64,000 bases of DNA from Deltaproteobacteria bacterium (GCA_040218735.1 JAVJQW010000047.1:79934-143933); one strand, 5' to 3'; positions 1 through 9,696 are shown, counted from the stretch's first letter. Translations and numbers: made by a program. The notes: a model not told the origin generated them from the sequence alone.

Positions 1-1
1 G

Positions 2-355
2 ATGGACCTGGTCCTCCTTCACGACGGCGCGTTCGCCGGGCTCGCCTCGCTCGTCGACATCTCGTCCGCGAACCGCCGCGCGATGATCGGCTACTGGATC
101 TCGAGCGGCCGCGAAGGGCGCGGCCTCGTCACCCGGGCGGTGCAGCGGCTCCTCGCCCACGGCTTCGACACCCTCGGCCTCGAACGCATCGGCCTGTACG
201 CGGCGACCGACAACACACGCAGCCGCGCCGTCGCGGAGCGCTGCGGCCTCACGTTGGAGGGCGTGCTGCGCCACCACGAATTCGTCGACGACCGCTTCGT
301 CGACCACGCCGTCTACGCGATCCTCGCCGAGGAGTGGCGCGATGCTCGGGGCTGA
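2..355 (+). CDS. RimJ/RimL-type GNAT N-acetyltransferase (5' partial)
   Basis: IGYWI...GRGLVTRAV and N.RSRAVAERCG...EGVLR motifs; truncated by window start. Confidence 0.85.
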   Translation: MDLVLLHDGAFAGLASLVDISSANRRAMIGYWISSGREGRGLVTRAVQRLLAHGFDTLGLERIGLYAATDNTRSRAVAERCGLTLEGVLRHHEFVDDRFVDHAVYAILAEEWRDARG

Positions 356-1706
356 TCGGGTCGAGACGATCCGCGCCGCGCACGCGCTCTCCGAGCACCG
401 CGCCGAACGCCCCGCGCGCGCCCCCGCGCCACAGGACTGGTCGACGTGTGTCCCGCCGCTACACTTCCCCGGCGCGGAGCTGCTCCCGGCGACCGCGCGC
501 CACCGAAACATCTCCGTCGCCGACACCCTCGCCGGGCGCTGCCCGCAAGCGCCGATCGACATCGGAACGATCGCCCTGCGCACCCTCGGCGTGACGGTCG
601 AACGGCGCCGCGGCTCGAGTCGCTGGTTCTGCCACGCCAACCCGTCGAGCGGGAACCTCCACCCCACCGAGCTGTACGTCCTCGACGGTCGCGACGTCCT
701 GCATTTCGCAGCGCGCGAAGGCGCGTTCGCGCGCATCGGCCGCCTCGAAGACGAAGCCCCCACGACGTTCGTCCTCACGCAGATCGCCGAGCGCCAGTGC
801 TGGAAGTACGGCGACCGCGGCGTGCGCTACGCCGAGCTGGACCTCGGGCACGCCGTCGCGGGGCTGCGTCTCGCCGCCGCGAGTCACGGGCACGAACTGA
901 GACCGATCGACGGCCTCTTCCTACGCGATGTCCTGGGACTCGACGGTCGCGAAGGCGAGACGATCGGCGCTGCGTTCACGACGGGGGCGCTCGACGCGAT
1001 CACCGTCGAGCATCTCCTCCCCGCGTCGAAGCTGCGTGGCTTCGACTGGCCCGGCGCACGGAGCACGGCGCGCGCGATCGAACGTGCGCCGTTCACGACC
1101 TCGCGCGGGCACGCCCCTTCGGTCCGGATCGACGGTGACTTCGACGCGGTCGTCACCGCACGCCGCAGCGCCGCCGCTTTCGCCGACGCGCCGATCTCCC
1201 GCGACACCTTCGACCGCCTCCTGGAGTCCACGCTCGGGGGCAGCGCCTTCCTCGGGGCGGCGTCGGTCGACCTCCTCCTCTTCGTCCACCGCGTCGAAGG
1301 CCTCACGCCCGGCGCCTACCTCTTCCGTCGCAGCGACGCCGATCACTCGAACGCCTTCGACCCCGACTTCGGCTACACCCCGGTCGGACCGCGACTGTAC
1401 CGGCTCGACGAAGACGACGTCCGCGCCCACGCCCGCGCGGTGCACGTCGACCAAGCGGTCGCGAGCGACGGCGCGTTCTGCCTGACGATGCTCGCGCCGC
1501 TCGACGAAACCCTCGCGACCGAAGGCGCCGGCGCCTACCGACGCCTCCACCTCGAAGCCGGCGCGATCGGCCACGTGCTCTACCTCGGAGCGACCGCCCT
1601 CGGCCTCGGCGCCACGGGCATCGGCGCGTTCTACGACGTCGCGTTGAAACAGATGCTCGGGACCGAGCTCACGCCGCTGTACGGCTTCGCGGTGGGTGCG
1701 ACCTGA
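342..1706 (+). CDS. SagB/ThcOx-type FMN-dependent nitroreductase family protein (two domains)
   Basis: NPSSGNLHPTE, WKYG.RG.RY..LDLGH, RRSA and EAG.IGH.LYL...GIGAFYD motifs. Confidence 0.8.
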   Translation: MLGADRVETIRAAHALSEHRAERPARAPAPQDWSTCVPPLHFPGAELLPATARHRNISVADTLAGRCPQAPIDIGTIALRTLGVTVERRRGSSRWFCHANPSSGNLHPTELYVLDGRDVLHFAAREGAFARIGRLEDEAPTTFVLTQIAERQCWKYGDRGVRYAELDLGHAVAGLRLAAASHGHELRPIDGLFLRDVLGLDGREGETIGAAFTTGALDAITVEHLLPASKLRGFDWPGARSTARAIERAPFTTSRGHAPSVRIDGDFDAVVTARRSAAAFADAPISRDTFDRLLESTLGGSAFLGAASVDLLLFVHRVEGLTPGAYLFRRSDADHSNAFDPDFGYTPVGPRLYRLDEDDVRAHARAVHVDQAVASDGAFCLTMLAPLDETLATEGAGAYRRLHLEAGAIGHVLYLGATALGLGATGIGAFYDVALKQMLGTELTPLYGFAVGAT

Positions 1707-1713
1707 GGTCGGC

Positions 1714-2109
1714 TCAACGACCGTTGCCGGTGTCGTTCCCCGAGTCGCGCACCCCGGCGTCCGGGCAGCCCGTGCCCCACGCCGCGAGGACCATGTTCAG
1801 GTCGCGCACGTCGACGACGCCGTCTTCGTTGGCGTCGCCTTCGGGCCCTGGCTCGCCCCACAGCTCCTGCACGAGATCGAGATCCACGCTGTCGACGCAG
1901 CCGTCGCTGTTGATGTCCGCGGCGTGGGACGGCCCGCCATCGCGGCGCGCGAACCCGCCGTCACGTGTGCCCGCATCGAGGAACCCCGCGTCGACTTCGT
2001 TGCCCGCGTCGCGCGCTTCGTCGAGCTCCTCGATTCGAGGATCCGGCTCGAGCACGATCGGCCCGCACCCGGCCGTGAAGAGCAGCGCGACGATCAGAGC
2101 TCGAACCAC
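1714..2109 (-). CDS. lipoprotein with one dockerin-like (paired Ca-loop) module
   Basis: GTG start overlapping the fecR-like stop; lipobox TAGC; DINSDGCVDSVDL..WG / DANEDGVVDVRDL..WGTGC. Confidence 0.7.
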   Translation of the reverse strand: MVRALIVALLFTAGCGPIVLEPDPRIEELDEARDAGNEVDAGFLDAGTRDGGFARRDGGPSHAADINSDGCVDSVDLDLVQELWGEPGPEGDANEDGVVDVRDLNMVLAAWGTGCPDAGVRDSGNDTGNGR

Positions 2110-2861
2110 TTCGTGAGCTCCTGCGCACGCGCGGTGCCGGGTTGGCGCGCGACGAGCTCGCGCGCAATGACACGTCCGCGCTCCACACGATTCATGCGCG
2201 CGTAGCAGACGGCGAGGTAGTAGAGCGCTTCTTCTTGCAGGACCCCGCGAGGGAACGTGCGCCGGTAGCGCTCCAGCAGCTGCGCGGCGCGCTGCAGGTC
2301 TTCGCCCGCCGCGACGAGTGGAACGGCCTCCGAGATCCACGCCTCGCCTTCACTCGCGTCTTCGGGGAGACATCGCGTCGCGGACTGGCCCGCGGTCAGG
2401 AGCACAGCGTCGTAGCCCTCCGCTTCGACGCGCACCATGCCGTGGCGAACTTCGACGTCGGTGCAGAGTCCTTCGGTCTGCACTGTGAAACCCGTGCCGA
2501 CGACCTCCACCAGCGCGGACGGTGTCCGCACGCGGAAGGGCGAGCGGTGCTTGCGCTTCGGCACCTCGAAGCTCGCCCGACCGCGCGCGAGGTAGAGCTC
2601 GGTCGCGACGGCGTCGTCGCGTTCGACGGTCAGCTCGCTTCCCGGGGCCTCTTCGATCGTGGGCGCCACCGCGACCGGCGCTGCGACGCGCGGCGCGGGC
2701 ACGAGCTGCCAGCACACCACGGCGGCCGCCATGGCGGTGGCGAGACCGAGCACCAGCGGCCCCGACCGCCGACGACGACGGGCGTGGATGCGTTCGAGGG
2801 AGCCGCGCACGATTCGGTCATGCACGTCGGGGCGCGGCGCGAGGCGAGCGAGGTGCCTCAT
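2094..2861 (-). CDS. FecR-domain anti-sigma factor with C-terminal TPR-like helices
   Basis: TM helix followed by L.RG.A.FEV.K, PFRVRTP...VEVVGT.F.V, V.HG.V.V; ATGA overlap with the sigma factor gene. Confidence 0.8.
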   Translation of the reverse strand: MRHLARLAPRPDVHDRIVRGSLERIHARRRRRSGPLVLGLATAMAAAVVCWQLVPAPRVAAPVAVAPTIEEAPGSELTVERDDAVATELYLARGRASFEVPKRKHRSPFRVRTPSALVEVVGTGFTVQTEGLCTDVEVRHGMVRVEAEGYDAVLLTAGQSATRCLPEDASEGEAWISEAVPLVAAGEDLQRAAQLLERYRRTFPRGVLQEEALYYLAVCYARMNRVERGRVIARELVARQPGTARAQELTKWFEL

Positions 2862-3403
2862 GCGCCCGACTCCAGCTCCGCGATCCCGTTCGTGGGCCGA
2901 TACGCCGCGCGGAACGCTTCACGCGCGCGGCGCAGCCTGCTCGCGACGGCGGGCTCGGCGAGGCCGAGGATCTGTGCGGCTTCGCGACGCGTGAACCCTT
3001 CGATGTCCATGAGCACGAGCACCTCGACGTGCCGTATCGGCAGGCGCTCCAAGACCGCGCGGACCTCGAGATCGTCGTCGATGTTCTGTCCGGCGAGCGA
3101 CGGGACGGTGCTCTCGTCCTCCAGGAAGAAGACACGTTTGCACCACGCGAGCCGACGACGGTTCGCCGCGTGCCTTCGGGCGATCTGGTACAGCCAGGAC
3201 CCGAGCACTTCGTCGCAGCTGCAGGTGTGGATTCGCGCGGCGGCGGTGGCCAGAACATCCTGCACGGCGTCCTCCGCGTCTCGCGAGGAGAGGCCCAGCA
3301 GGACGCACCACCGGTACACGGCGCTCGCCCACGCATCGACCAATCGTCGCCAAGCCCACGCTTCGTCGGCCTGGCAGCCCTCCACCAAAGACATCGGTTT
3401 CAC
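2858..3403 (-). CDS. ECF RNA polymerase sigma factor
   Basis: DAEDAVQDV, WLYQIAR, EG..REAA.ILG....V.SRL.RAR; GTG start overlaps the upstream stop. Confidence 0.88.
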   Translation of the reverse strand: MKPMSLVEGCQADEAWAWRRLVDAWASAVYRWCVLLGLSSRDAEDAVQDVLATAAARIHTCSCDEVLGSWLYQIARRHAANRRRLAWCKRVFFLEDESTVPSLAGQNIDDDLEVRAVLERLPIRHVEVLVLMDIEGFTRREAAQILGLAEPAVASRLRRAREAFRAAYRPTNGIAELESGA

Positions 3404-4467
3404 GGTGCTGATGTCTCCGTGCGGCGGTTCTGATCCTCGCCCCGCTCGATTTTCGTCGCCGAACCGAAGAACGACCACGCGACCTGCAGGCCGACGCGCG
3501 CGCCCCAGCGGTTCACCCGCGCCGAGGGGCCATCCGGGATGACGATGTCCCGTGCGGTGGGGAAGACGAGCCCTTCGGCGAAGAGCGCGATCGCGAGCGC
3601 GTCGGCCCGGACCGTCGCCCCGACGCCCGCGACGCCTCCGATATCCACCGACGTGTGGTCGGCGGCGTCCGCGATGTCGTCCCGCGTGACGCGCAGCGTC
3701 TCGGCGCTGAGGCCGGCGCTCCAGGCGAGCTCGACGTAGCGACCCAGCTCGACCCCTCCGCGATACCCACCGGTCGCGCCGAACGCCGCGAGCCGGATCG
3801 GTCGGCCGTCGAGCGCCCACGTCGCCGTCGGCGCCCCGCTCGCCCGAACGAACCAGCCGTCGCGGGAGAGCTCGGCGGCGAGCTCCCACGTCGCGACGCC
3901 GGGCGTGCGGTAACGCAGCCAGGACTGCACGCCGACCGCGTAGCGCGACTGCGCCCACTGCGGCGCACGAACGGCGCTGGCGACCGCGCGGGTCTGCGGA
4001 TGGATCGGCGGCCACGGAGGCGTCGGCGCCGGCTCGGACTCGGGCGCGACCTCGACGACGGGCGCGGGTCGACGACGACGACGTTTCGCGGGGCGCGGCG
4101 CGACGGGCATCGACGCGACGGAGGGAGGCGGGAGGAGACCGGCGACCGGCTCGAGCGCGAGCGCTTCGATCATCACGGACAGCTCCGACAGCCGCCCCTG
4201 CCCCGCCGCCGAGCGCAGCGGTCCTTCGGGATCCAGGCGCCACGGGAGCTTCCGCCGGCGCGCTGTGCCGTCGGGTCGTTCGAAGGTCAGCGTCGTCGCG
4301 GTGATTCGAATCCGCGCGACCCCCTCGCCGCACCGCGGGTCGATCCGAAGCGTTCGAAGATAGCGCCCGAGCCGCTCCAAGACGGGAGCGGGGGCCCGCT
4401 CCTCGACACACACGCGCGTGTCGAGCGCGGCGCCGAGGAGCAGAGGAACGAGGAGCAGCGGGCCCAC
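3400..4467 (-). CDS. exported protein, Pro-rich linker and possible C-terminal beta-barrel
   Basis: Signal-like N-terminus; alternating amphipathic beta strands in C-terminal half; coupled to the ECF gene. Confidence 0.55.
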   Translation of the reverse strand: MGPLLLVPLLLGAALDTRVCVEERAPAPVLERLGRYLRTLRIDPRCGEGVARIRITATTLTFERPDGTARRRKLPWRLDPEGPLRSAAGQGRLSELSVMIEALALEPVAGLLPPPSVASMPVAPRPAKRRRRRPAPVVEVAPESEPAPTPPWPPIHPQTRAVASAVRAPQWAQSRYAVGVQSWLRYRTPGVATWELAAELSRDGWFVRASGAPTATWALDGRPIRLAAFGATGGYRGGVELGRYVELAWSAGLSAETLRVTRDDIADAADHTSVDIGGVAGVGATVRADALAIALFAEGLVFPTARDIVIPDGPSARVNRWGARVGLQVAWSFFGSATKIERGEDQNRRTETSAP

Positions 4468-4570
4468 GTCGACACGGTGAGCAAGTGCTGTTCCTCACGC
4501 GGTCACTGCGCGCGGCAAGCCCCGTTGCACTTCGTGTGCATTGCGCAACACGTGATGCGCAAACCCGAGG

Positions 4571-5224
4571 TCAGCTGCAGCCCCGACCCCACGCGGCGAG
4601 GAGGATGTTGAGATCGACGGTGTCGACCGTGCCGTCCCCGTTGATGTCGCCGGCGCCGGAGCCGCCCCAGTTCGCGAGGAGGCCGTCGAGGTCGTCTTCG
4701 TCGACGCAGCCGTCGCCGTTCAGGTCCGGAGTCCCGCTCGCGAGGCATCCGGTGCCCCAGTTCGCGAGGACGATGTTCAGGTCCTGCACATTCACCGTGC
4801 CGTCTCCGTTGATGTCCGCCGGGTCCGGCGTCGTGCCCGTCGAGACACCCCACGCCGCGATGACGGCGTCGAGGTCGTCCTGGTCGACGCACCCGTCGCC
4901 GTTCACGTCGCCGTAGACGCCACAACCGGTGCCCCAGTTCGCGAGGACGATGTTCAAATCCTGCACGTCCACGGTGCCGTTGCCGTCGATGTCTTCGGCG
5001 AGGTTGCGACCGGTCGCGCCCCACGCCGCGAGGACCGCGTCGAGGTCGTCTTGATCGACGCAGCCGTCTCCGGTCGCGTCGCCGCGGACACCGGCGCTGG
5101 TGCCCGTGGAGACCTCGGACTCGGAGGTCTCCACGGCGGAGGTCTCGTTGCCCACCGGGCCGCCGCACGCGATCAAGAGGAAGGTGAGCGCGCTCGAGGC
5201 GCACGTGTGCACTGCTTTGTTCAT
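4571..5224 (-). CDS. lipoprotein made of six dockerin-like Ca-binding repeats (three modules)
   Basis: Lipobox LIAC; six D-x-[N/D/T]-G-[D/N]-G-x-V-x-x-x-D-L...W-G repeats; GGGAG RBS. Confidence 0.8.
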   Translation of the reverse strand: MNKAVHTCASSALTFLLIACGGPVGNETSAVETSESEVSTGTSAGVRGDATGDGCVDQDDLDAVLAAWGATGRNLAEDIDGNGTVDVQDLNIVLANWGTGCGVYGDVNGDGCVDQDDLDAVIAAWGVSTGTTPDPADINGDGTVNVQDLNIVLANWGTGCLASGTPDLNGDGCVDEDDLDGLLANWGGSGAGDINGDGTVDTVDLNILLAAWGRGCS

Positions 5225-5351
5225 TTCATGGCTCCCTAAGAGATGGATTGGGAGGCGCCTTGCCTCTCCTGGGGGTGCCAATGTGATGAGGACGCGGAGT
5301 TGATCCGCGGCGCGTGAAAAAAGTCAGCTTTCGGGGAGCTCGGACCGACCG

Positions 5352-7157
5352 TCAGAGCTTGTGCTCCATCAGGTTGCTCTGCAGGAGATTCGAAGCCTGA
5401 GCGCGCGTCATCTTCCCGTCAGCCACCAGCTTCTTCAGGAAAGCGTGTGGACCGATCGGGCTCTTGGTCGCCGACAGCCGCAACCGGTTGTAGTCCGCGC
5501 CATACGGGCCGGGGAGCGTCGAACAAGCCGCGCAGAAGTCACGCATCGTACCGATCAAGTCGGTCAACGTGATCTGCACGTCCTCCGCGCCCACGACGCC
5601 GAACCGCTCACTCGTCGCCGTCGGGTCGTTGCCGTCGAAGATCTCGCCGACGTGCTCGACGAAATTCGAAAGGTAGGTTGCGTTGTCCGTGATCCGCGCA
5701 TGCGCGATGTCGGCGTTGGCATCGAGCAAGTCACAGGTCAGCTCCCCCCAACGGAACTCGTCGTTCGAGGTGACGACGCCCTGCCCCCAACGATCCGCCG
5801 TCGCGGTCAGCGCCGCCAGCCGCCCGACACGTTTCGTCCAGTCCGAGGTGGCGCGCGAATCCTCCGTCACCCCACGCTTCCTCAAGTGGAACCGCACGTG
5901 GTGGAAGCCACATCCGTCGGACGCATCACACGACGCATCGGCGCTCCACAGGTTGCCCCGGAAGGGGACCGCGCCGCCGAGCGGGCGAGCCGCCCAACCC
6001 CGCCAGTCGCTACACGCGTTCAGAAGATACTGGCCCAGCCCGTTTGCGACGCCCTCCGTGTACTCGACGCCGAGCTCCGCATACTGCCCGGCGTAATGTC
6101 CCCAGTCGTACGATGTCCCGTCGGCGCGCATCATCGCGTTGCCAAACTCGTAGTGATAGAGCCGCGAGCCCGGCGCGAGGGAGCCGTGGATGCTGTGACC
6201 GAACTCGTGCGCCAGCGTATCGGTGTCGGAGAGGTGGCGGAGCGCCGGGCCGATACCACGCGTGGAGAACACGGCCTTGTCGGGTCGGAACAAAGACATC
6301 CAACCGCCACCCGCGCTGGCCCACTGCGTGTTGAACGCGATGAGGTAGGTCGGCTGGCCTCTGTACAGCTCGCTCTTCGGGAGCATCTTCTCGAACAGGT
6401 CCGGCATGTCGCGTGTGTTCGCCTCCAGGCGGTCGAACAGGGCGACCACGTTTGTGTAACCGTTCAGCACCTGGCGCATGTAGCCGAACCGATCGTGGGC
6501 GCTGCCCGCCGTGAAGACTTGGGTCCCGACGTTCAAGAACGCCCTCCCCTGGGCGTCCTTCACCGGCTCGAGCCCCACCCACCGAAAGACGAACGTCGGC
6601 GTCGCGTAGGGGACGCCGTCGTGTTCGAACGCCGGGACGAGACGATGCTCCGGCTCCGAGCCCAGCAGGTCAGCGGCGTGCGTGGAGGTCCATGCGGCGC
6701 GGATCCACCCAGGCTCGATCGGCGAGCGCGCGCTCGGGTGCCACGCCGGCGCCTCCAGCGCGACCCGCCCCTCGACCAGTACACGTTTGTCGCGACCACA
6801 CGACCGCGGGAGGCGGATGTCGAAGACGCCATCGCGATCGACGACGAACGTCCCGCCGCCGCAACGCCGCTTCGACGTGGGGAGGATCTCGTAGTACGTC
6901 AACGACAGGCGTCCCGGTAGCGGTCGCAACGAACCGACCGTCGCGGTGTCCGTCGTGACGAGGGCGCCAGTCGCAGCGCTGAAGCGCCGCTTGAAGGCGT
7001 GGCACTCCTTCCAACCGACACTCTGACTCCACACCGGCGAAACGCAGCCCGTGTCGTCCGGGAACGCGAGCCGACCGACGATCTGAACCTCGTACGTGCA
7101 GGCGGTCGACAGCCCGCAGAACAGAACGATCCACGCAAGAGCATCCGGGCGCTTCAT
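5352..7157 (-). CDS. lipoprotein, putative zinc metallopeptidase
   Basis: Lipobox STAC; HEFGH motif with downstream EGVA third-ligand-like motif; ATGA overlap with upstream gene. Confidence 0.6.
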   Translation of the reverse strand: MKRPDALAWIVLFCGLSTACTYEVQIVGRLAFPDDTGCVSPVWSQSVGWKECHAFKRRFSAATGALVTTDTATVGSLRPLPGRLSLTYYEILPTSKRRCGGGTFVVDRDGVFDIRLPRSCGRDKRVLVEGRVALEAPAWHPSARSPIEPGWIRAAWTSTHAADLLGSEPEHRLVPAFEHDGVPYATPTFVFRWVGLEPVKDAQGRAFLNVGTQVFTAGSAHDRFGYMRQVLNGYTNVVALFDRLEANTRDMPDLFEKMLPKSELYRGQPTYLIAFNTQWASAGGGWMSLFRPDKAVFSTRGIGPALRHLSDTDTLAHEFGHSIHGSLAPGSRLYHYEFGNAMMRADGTSYDWGHYAGQYAELGVEYTEGVANGLGQYLLNACSDWRGWAARPLGGAVPFRGNLWSADASCDASDGCGFHHVRFHLRKRGVTEDSRATSDWTKRVGRLAALTATADRWGQGVVTSNDEFRWGELTCDLLDANADIAHARITDNATYLSNFVEHVGEIFDGNDPTATSERFGVVGAEDVQITLTDLIGTMRDFCAACSTLPGPYGADYNRLRLSATKSPIGPHAFLKKLVADGKMTRAQASNLLQSNLMEHKL

Positions 7158-7777
7158 CGCGCGTCCTCCACCGAAAGCACCTCGCTCGGTCCTCTCAGGT
7201 GCTCCAGCCGGAAGGGGAGCTGCTTCGTCGCCTCGAGCTCTCTCCTCAGCCGTCGCGGATTCTTGCTGAGCGCCCGCCACTGCGCGGAGACGATCTCCAG
7301 CTCGGACGCGACGCGAACGCGGTCGGTGTCATCGATGACAAACGTCGCTTCGGTCCGTTCCGCACGCGAGCGCGGCCCCCAGACCTCGCAACGCACGCCC
7401 GCTCCGTAGCGTCCGAGGAGCACGAGCTCGATTGGAACGCGAACCTCGGTCGCCCCGGGGAGGCTCGACACCATCAGCTCGACGGCGCCGGAGCGTTCGC
7501 TGTCCGTGGCGAGGGCCCGGGCATGTCGCGCGCCGACCACCCGCGGCTCTGCGTCGAGTCCGAGGCACCGGACGCGCGCTGCGCCCTCGGCCAGCGCGAA
7601 ACGCAGCTCGAGCTGGAGAGGTTGCGCGCGGGTGAGCAGCTTGTCGTTCGAGGCGACGACGATGTGCGCGCCAAAGGGACCAGGTAAGTCTGAGGGAGGG
7701 GTTGCGGTAGCGACTTCAGGCCAACCGACCCACACGAGGAGGACGATCGAAACCAGCCGTGTGATCACGGCCGTCAA
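7154..7777 (-). CDS. hypothetical secreted protein
   Basis: Signal-peptide-like N-terminus (..EVATA); stop overlaps the next start. Confidence 0.5.
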   Translation of the reverse strand: MTAVITRLVSIVLLVWVGWPEVATATPPSDLPGPFGAHIVVASNDKLLTRAQPLQLELRFALAEGAARVRCLGLDAEPRVVGARHARALATDSERSGAVELMVSSLPGATEVRVPIELVLLGRYGAGVRCEVWGPRSRAERTEATFVIDDTDRVRVASELEIVSAQWRALSKNPRRLRRELEATKQLPFRLEHLRGPSEVLSVEDAR

Positions 7778-7828
7778 CTGTGCGCCGCGCTAGGATCTGC
7801 AGCATCCTCGCATCGACGTATGGCGCGC

Positions 7829-8515
7829 TCAGGGGCGATCGCGATCGCGGATCTCTTCGTTCGCGTGGAGTGACTTCGGCTCGAGGACGTCCTTCGGCAC
7901 CGGCACCTTCGACCACGCGTCCGTCATGAGATCGAAGAGCTCGCGCTTGCGCTCGATCGGCGTGTCGACCTTCCGCAGCTCCTCGTACCAGTCGCGCGTG
8001 TCCTTCTGGACCTTCAGCGACATCGCGGTGTGGAACTGCAGCTCCCACTCCATCCCCGACGGGTGTTTCATCACGCCGTTCACGCCGGAGTAGTTGTCGT
8101 CCTGCGGCCAGTAGTTCTTGAGCCGCACCACCGTGTGCCCCTGGCCCTCCAGCGCCTGGAGCACCTTGCGCACCGACTCGACGTAGTGCCCGGCGGGCTC
8201 GTCCTCGAAGCGCATCGTGTAGCGGAGGGTGTCGTCGAGCTCCATCTCGGCGATCGGGATCGACGGGTCCTCCAAGTGCTCCTTGTTGAGCTTGCGCTTC
8301 GTCGACTTCAGCGTCTTGAGGCGGTGCTCGATCTTGTACATCTCGCCGCCGAGCCCCTCCGCGAGGCTGACGAGCGCCGGCGTGACCGTCGGCTCGAGCT
8401 TGGCGGCGCGGTCGACGAGCTGCTGCGCTCGCTGATCGATCGTGACGGTCGGCGTCGTCTTGCACGCGACGAGCGCGAGCAGCAGAGGCGCCAAATATAT
8501 CGAATGCATTCTCAT
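7829..8515 (-). CDS. lipoprotein with RelA/SpoT-type synthetase domain (exported alarmone synthetase / nucleotide 3'-pyrophosphokinase-like)
   Basis: Lipobox LVAC; RLKT.KS..RK, D.LRYT, KNYW, YSGVN and ELQFHT motifs. Confidence 0.7.
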   Translation of the reverse strand: MRMHSIYLAPLLLALVACKTTPTVTIDQRAQQLVDRAAKLEPTVTPALVSLAEGLGGEMYKIEHRLKTLKSTKRKLNKEHLEDPSIPIAEMELDDTLRYTMRFEDEPAGHYVESVRKVLQALEGQGHTVVRLKNYWPQDDNYSGVNGVMKHPSGMEWELQFHTAMSLKVQKDTRDWYEELRKVDTPIERKRELFDLMTDAWSKVPVPKDVLEPKSLHANEEIRDRDRP

Positions 8516-9696
8516 GAGTAGATCAGGTGCGGTCGGCGGCGGTCACGGAAGCGGGCTTCGTCCTCGGCGAACGACCGGATGATCTCGTCCGTCGTGGCAC
8601 CTGCCTCCAGGGCACGTCGCGGTCCCTCGGATCCGAACAGAAGATCGATCGCGAGTCGATCGGAGATGAACTCGTAGCGCTCGCGCCGCCAGTCGAACCC
8701 CTCCGACTGCCGCATCGCCGCGCGCATCAACGCCACCGTGAGGCGGACCGAGCGCGCCGCCCAGCGATCCGTGACGTGGACCTGCACGGCGCCGCAGTGT
8801 TTCCCGCCGTGTTTCTGGAACATCGGCTTGATCACCGTCGGCCGCAGGACGAACCCCGGGCCGACGTCCGAACGCGCCTCCGCCGCCCACGCCTCGCCGT
8901 CGAGGTAGGGCGCACCACACAGCTCGAACGGCCGCGTCGTCCCACGCCCCTCGCTCAGGTTCGTACCTTCGAGGATGCACTGCCCGGGGTAGATCCACGC
9001 GGCGTCGTTGGTCGGCATGTTCGGCGACGGCATCACCCACGGCAGGCCCGTCGCCTCGAAGTCCATGTCGCGACGCCACCCCTCCATCCGCACGATCTCG
9101 AAGTCGACGTCCCAGCCCTCCTCGGCCGCGACGAGGTTCGCGTACTCGCCGATCGTGAGCCCGTGCCGCATCGCGAGATCGAACGCACCGACGAAGGACC
9201 GGAACGCATCTTCGACCGCCGGCCCCTCGACGTCCTCCTCGCGCCCGCCGAGCGGGTTCGGGCGGTCGAGCACCAACACCCGCACCCCGGCCTCCCCCGC
9301 GACGCGCATCGCGTACGCCATCGTCGCGGCGTAGGTGTAGTAGCGCGCGCCGACGTCCTGCAGATCGATCACCAGCACGTCGAGCCCGGCGAGCATCTCG
9401 ACGGTCGGCGCGAGCGATGCCTCGTCGTCGCCATACAGTGAATAGATCTTGGCCCCGGTGCGTGCGTCCACGGGGGTCTCTTCGACCACCGTCTCCATGT
9501 CCTGCGCCGCCCCCGTGATCCCGTGCTCGGGACCGAACAGCGCGACGAGGTTCAGCTCCGCTGCCACCATCAGGTCGACGACGTGCGTCAACGTGCGGTC
9601 GACCGAGGGCGCGTGCGCGAGCAGGCCGACCTTGGCGCCTTTCAGACGAGCGAAGGACTCCTGCACCAGCACGTCGAGCCCGGTTCGAACGGTCAT
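8512..9696 (-). CDS. namZ: exo-beta-N-acetylmuramidase NamZ family (DUF1343)
   Basis: LFGPEHG, DLQDVGARYYTY, LDRPNP, RHG.TIGE, PSPNMP and EGTNLSEGRGT.RPFE motifs. Confidence 0.88.
   Translation of the reverse strand: MTVRTGLDVLVQESFARLKGAKVGLLAHAPSVDRTLTHVVDLMVAAELNLVALFGPEHGITGAAQDMETVVEETPVDARTGAKIYSLYGDDEASLAPTVEMLAGLDVLVIDLQDVGARYYTYAATMAYAMRVAGEAGVRVLVLDRPNPLGGREEDVEGPAVEDAFRSFVGAFDLAMRHGLTIGEYANLVAAEEGWDVDFEIVRMEGWRRDMDFEATGLPWVMPSPNMPTNDAAWIYPGQCILEGTNLSEGRGTTRPFELCGAPYLDGEAWAAEARSDVGPGFVLRPTVIKPMFQKHGGKHCGAVQVHVTDRWAARSVRLTVALMRAAMRQSEGFDWRRERYEFISDRLAIDLLFGSEGPRRALEAGATTDEIIRSFAEDEARFRDRRRPHLIYS

Noticed and set aside
342-1706. SagB-like gene as an azole RiPP cluster
   Set aside because: No YcaO, precursor or transporter in view (upstream lies outside the window)
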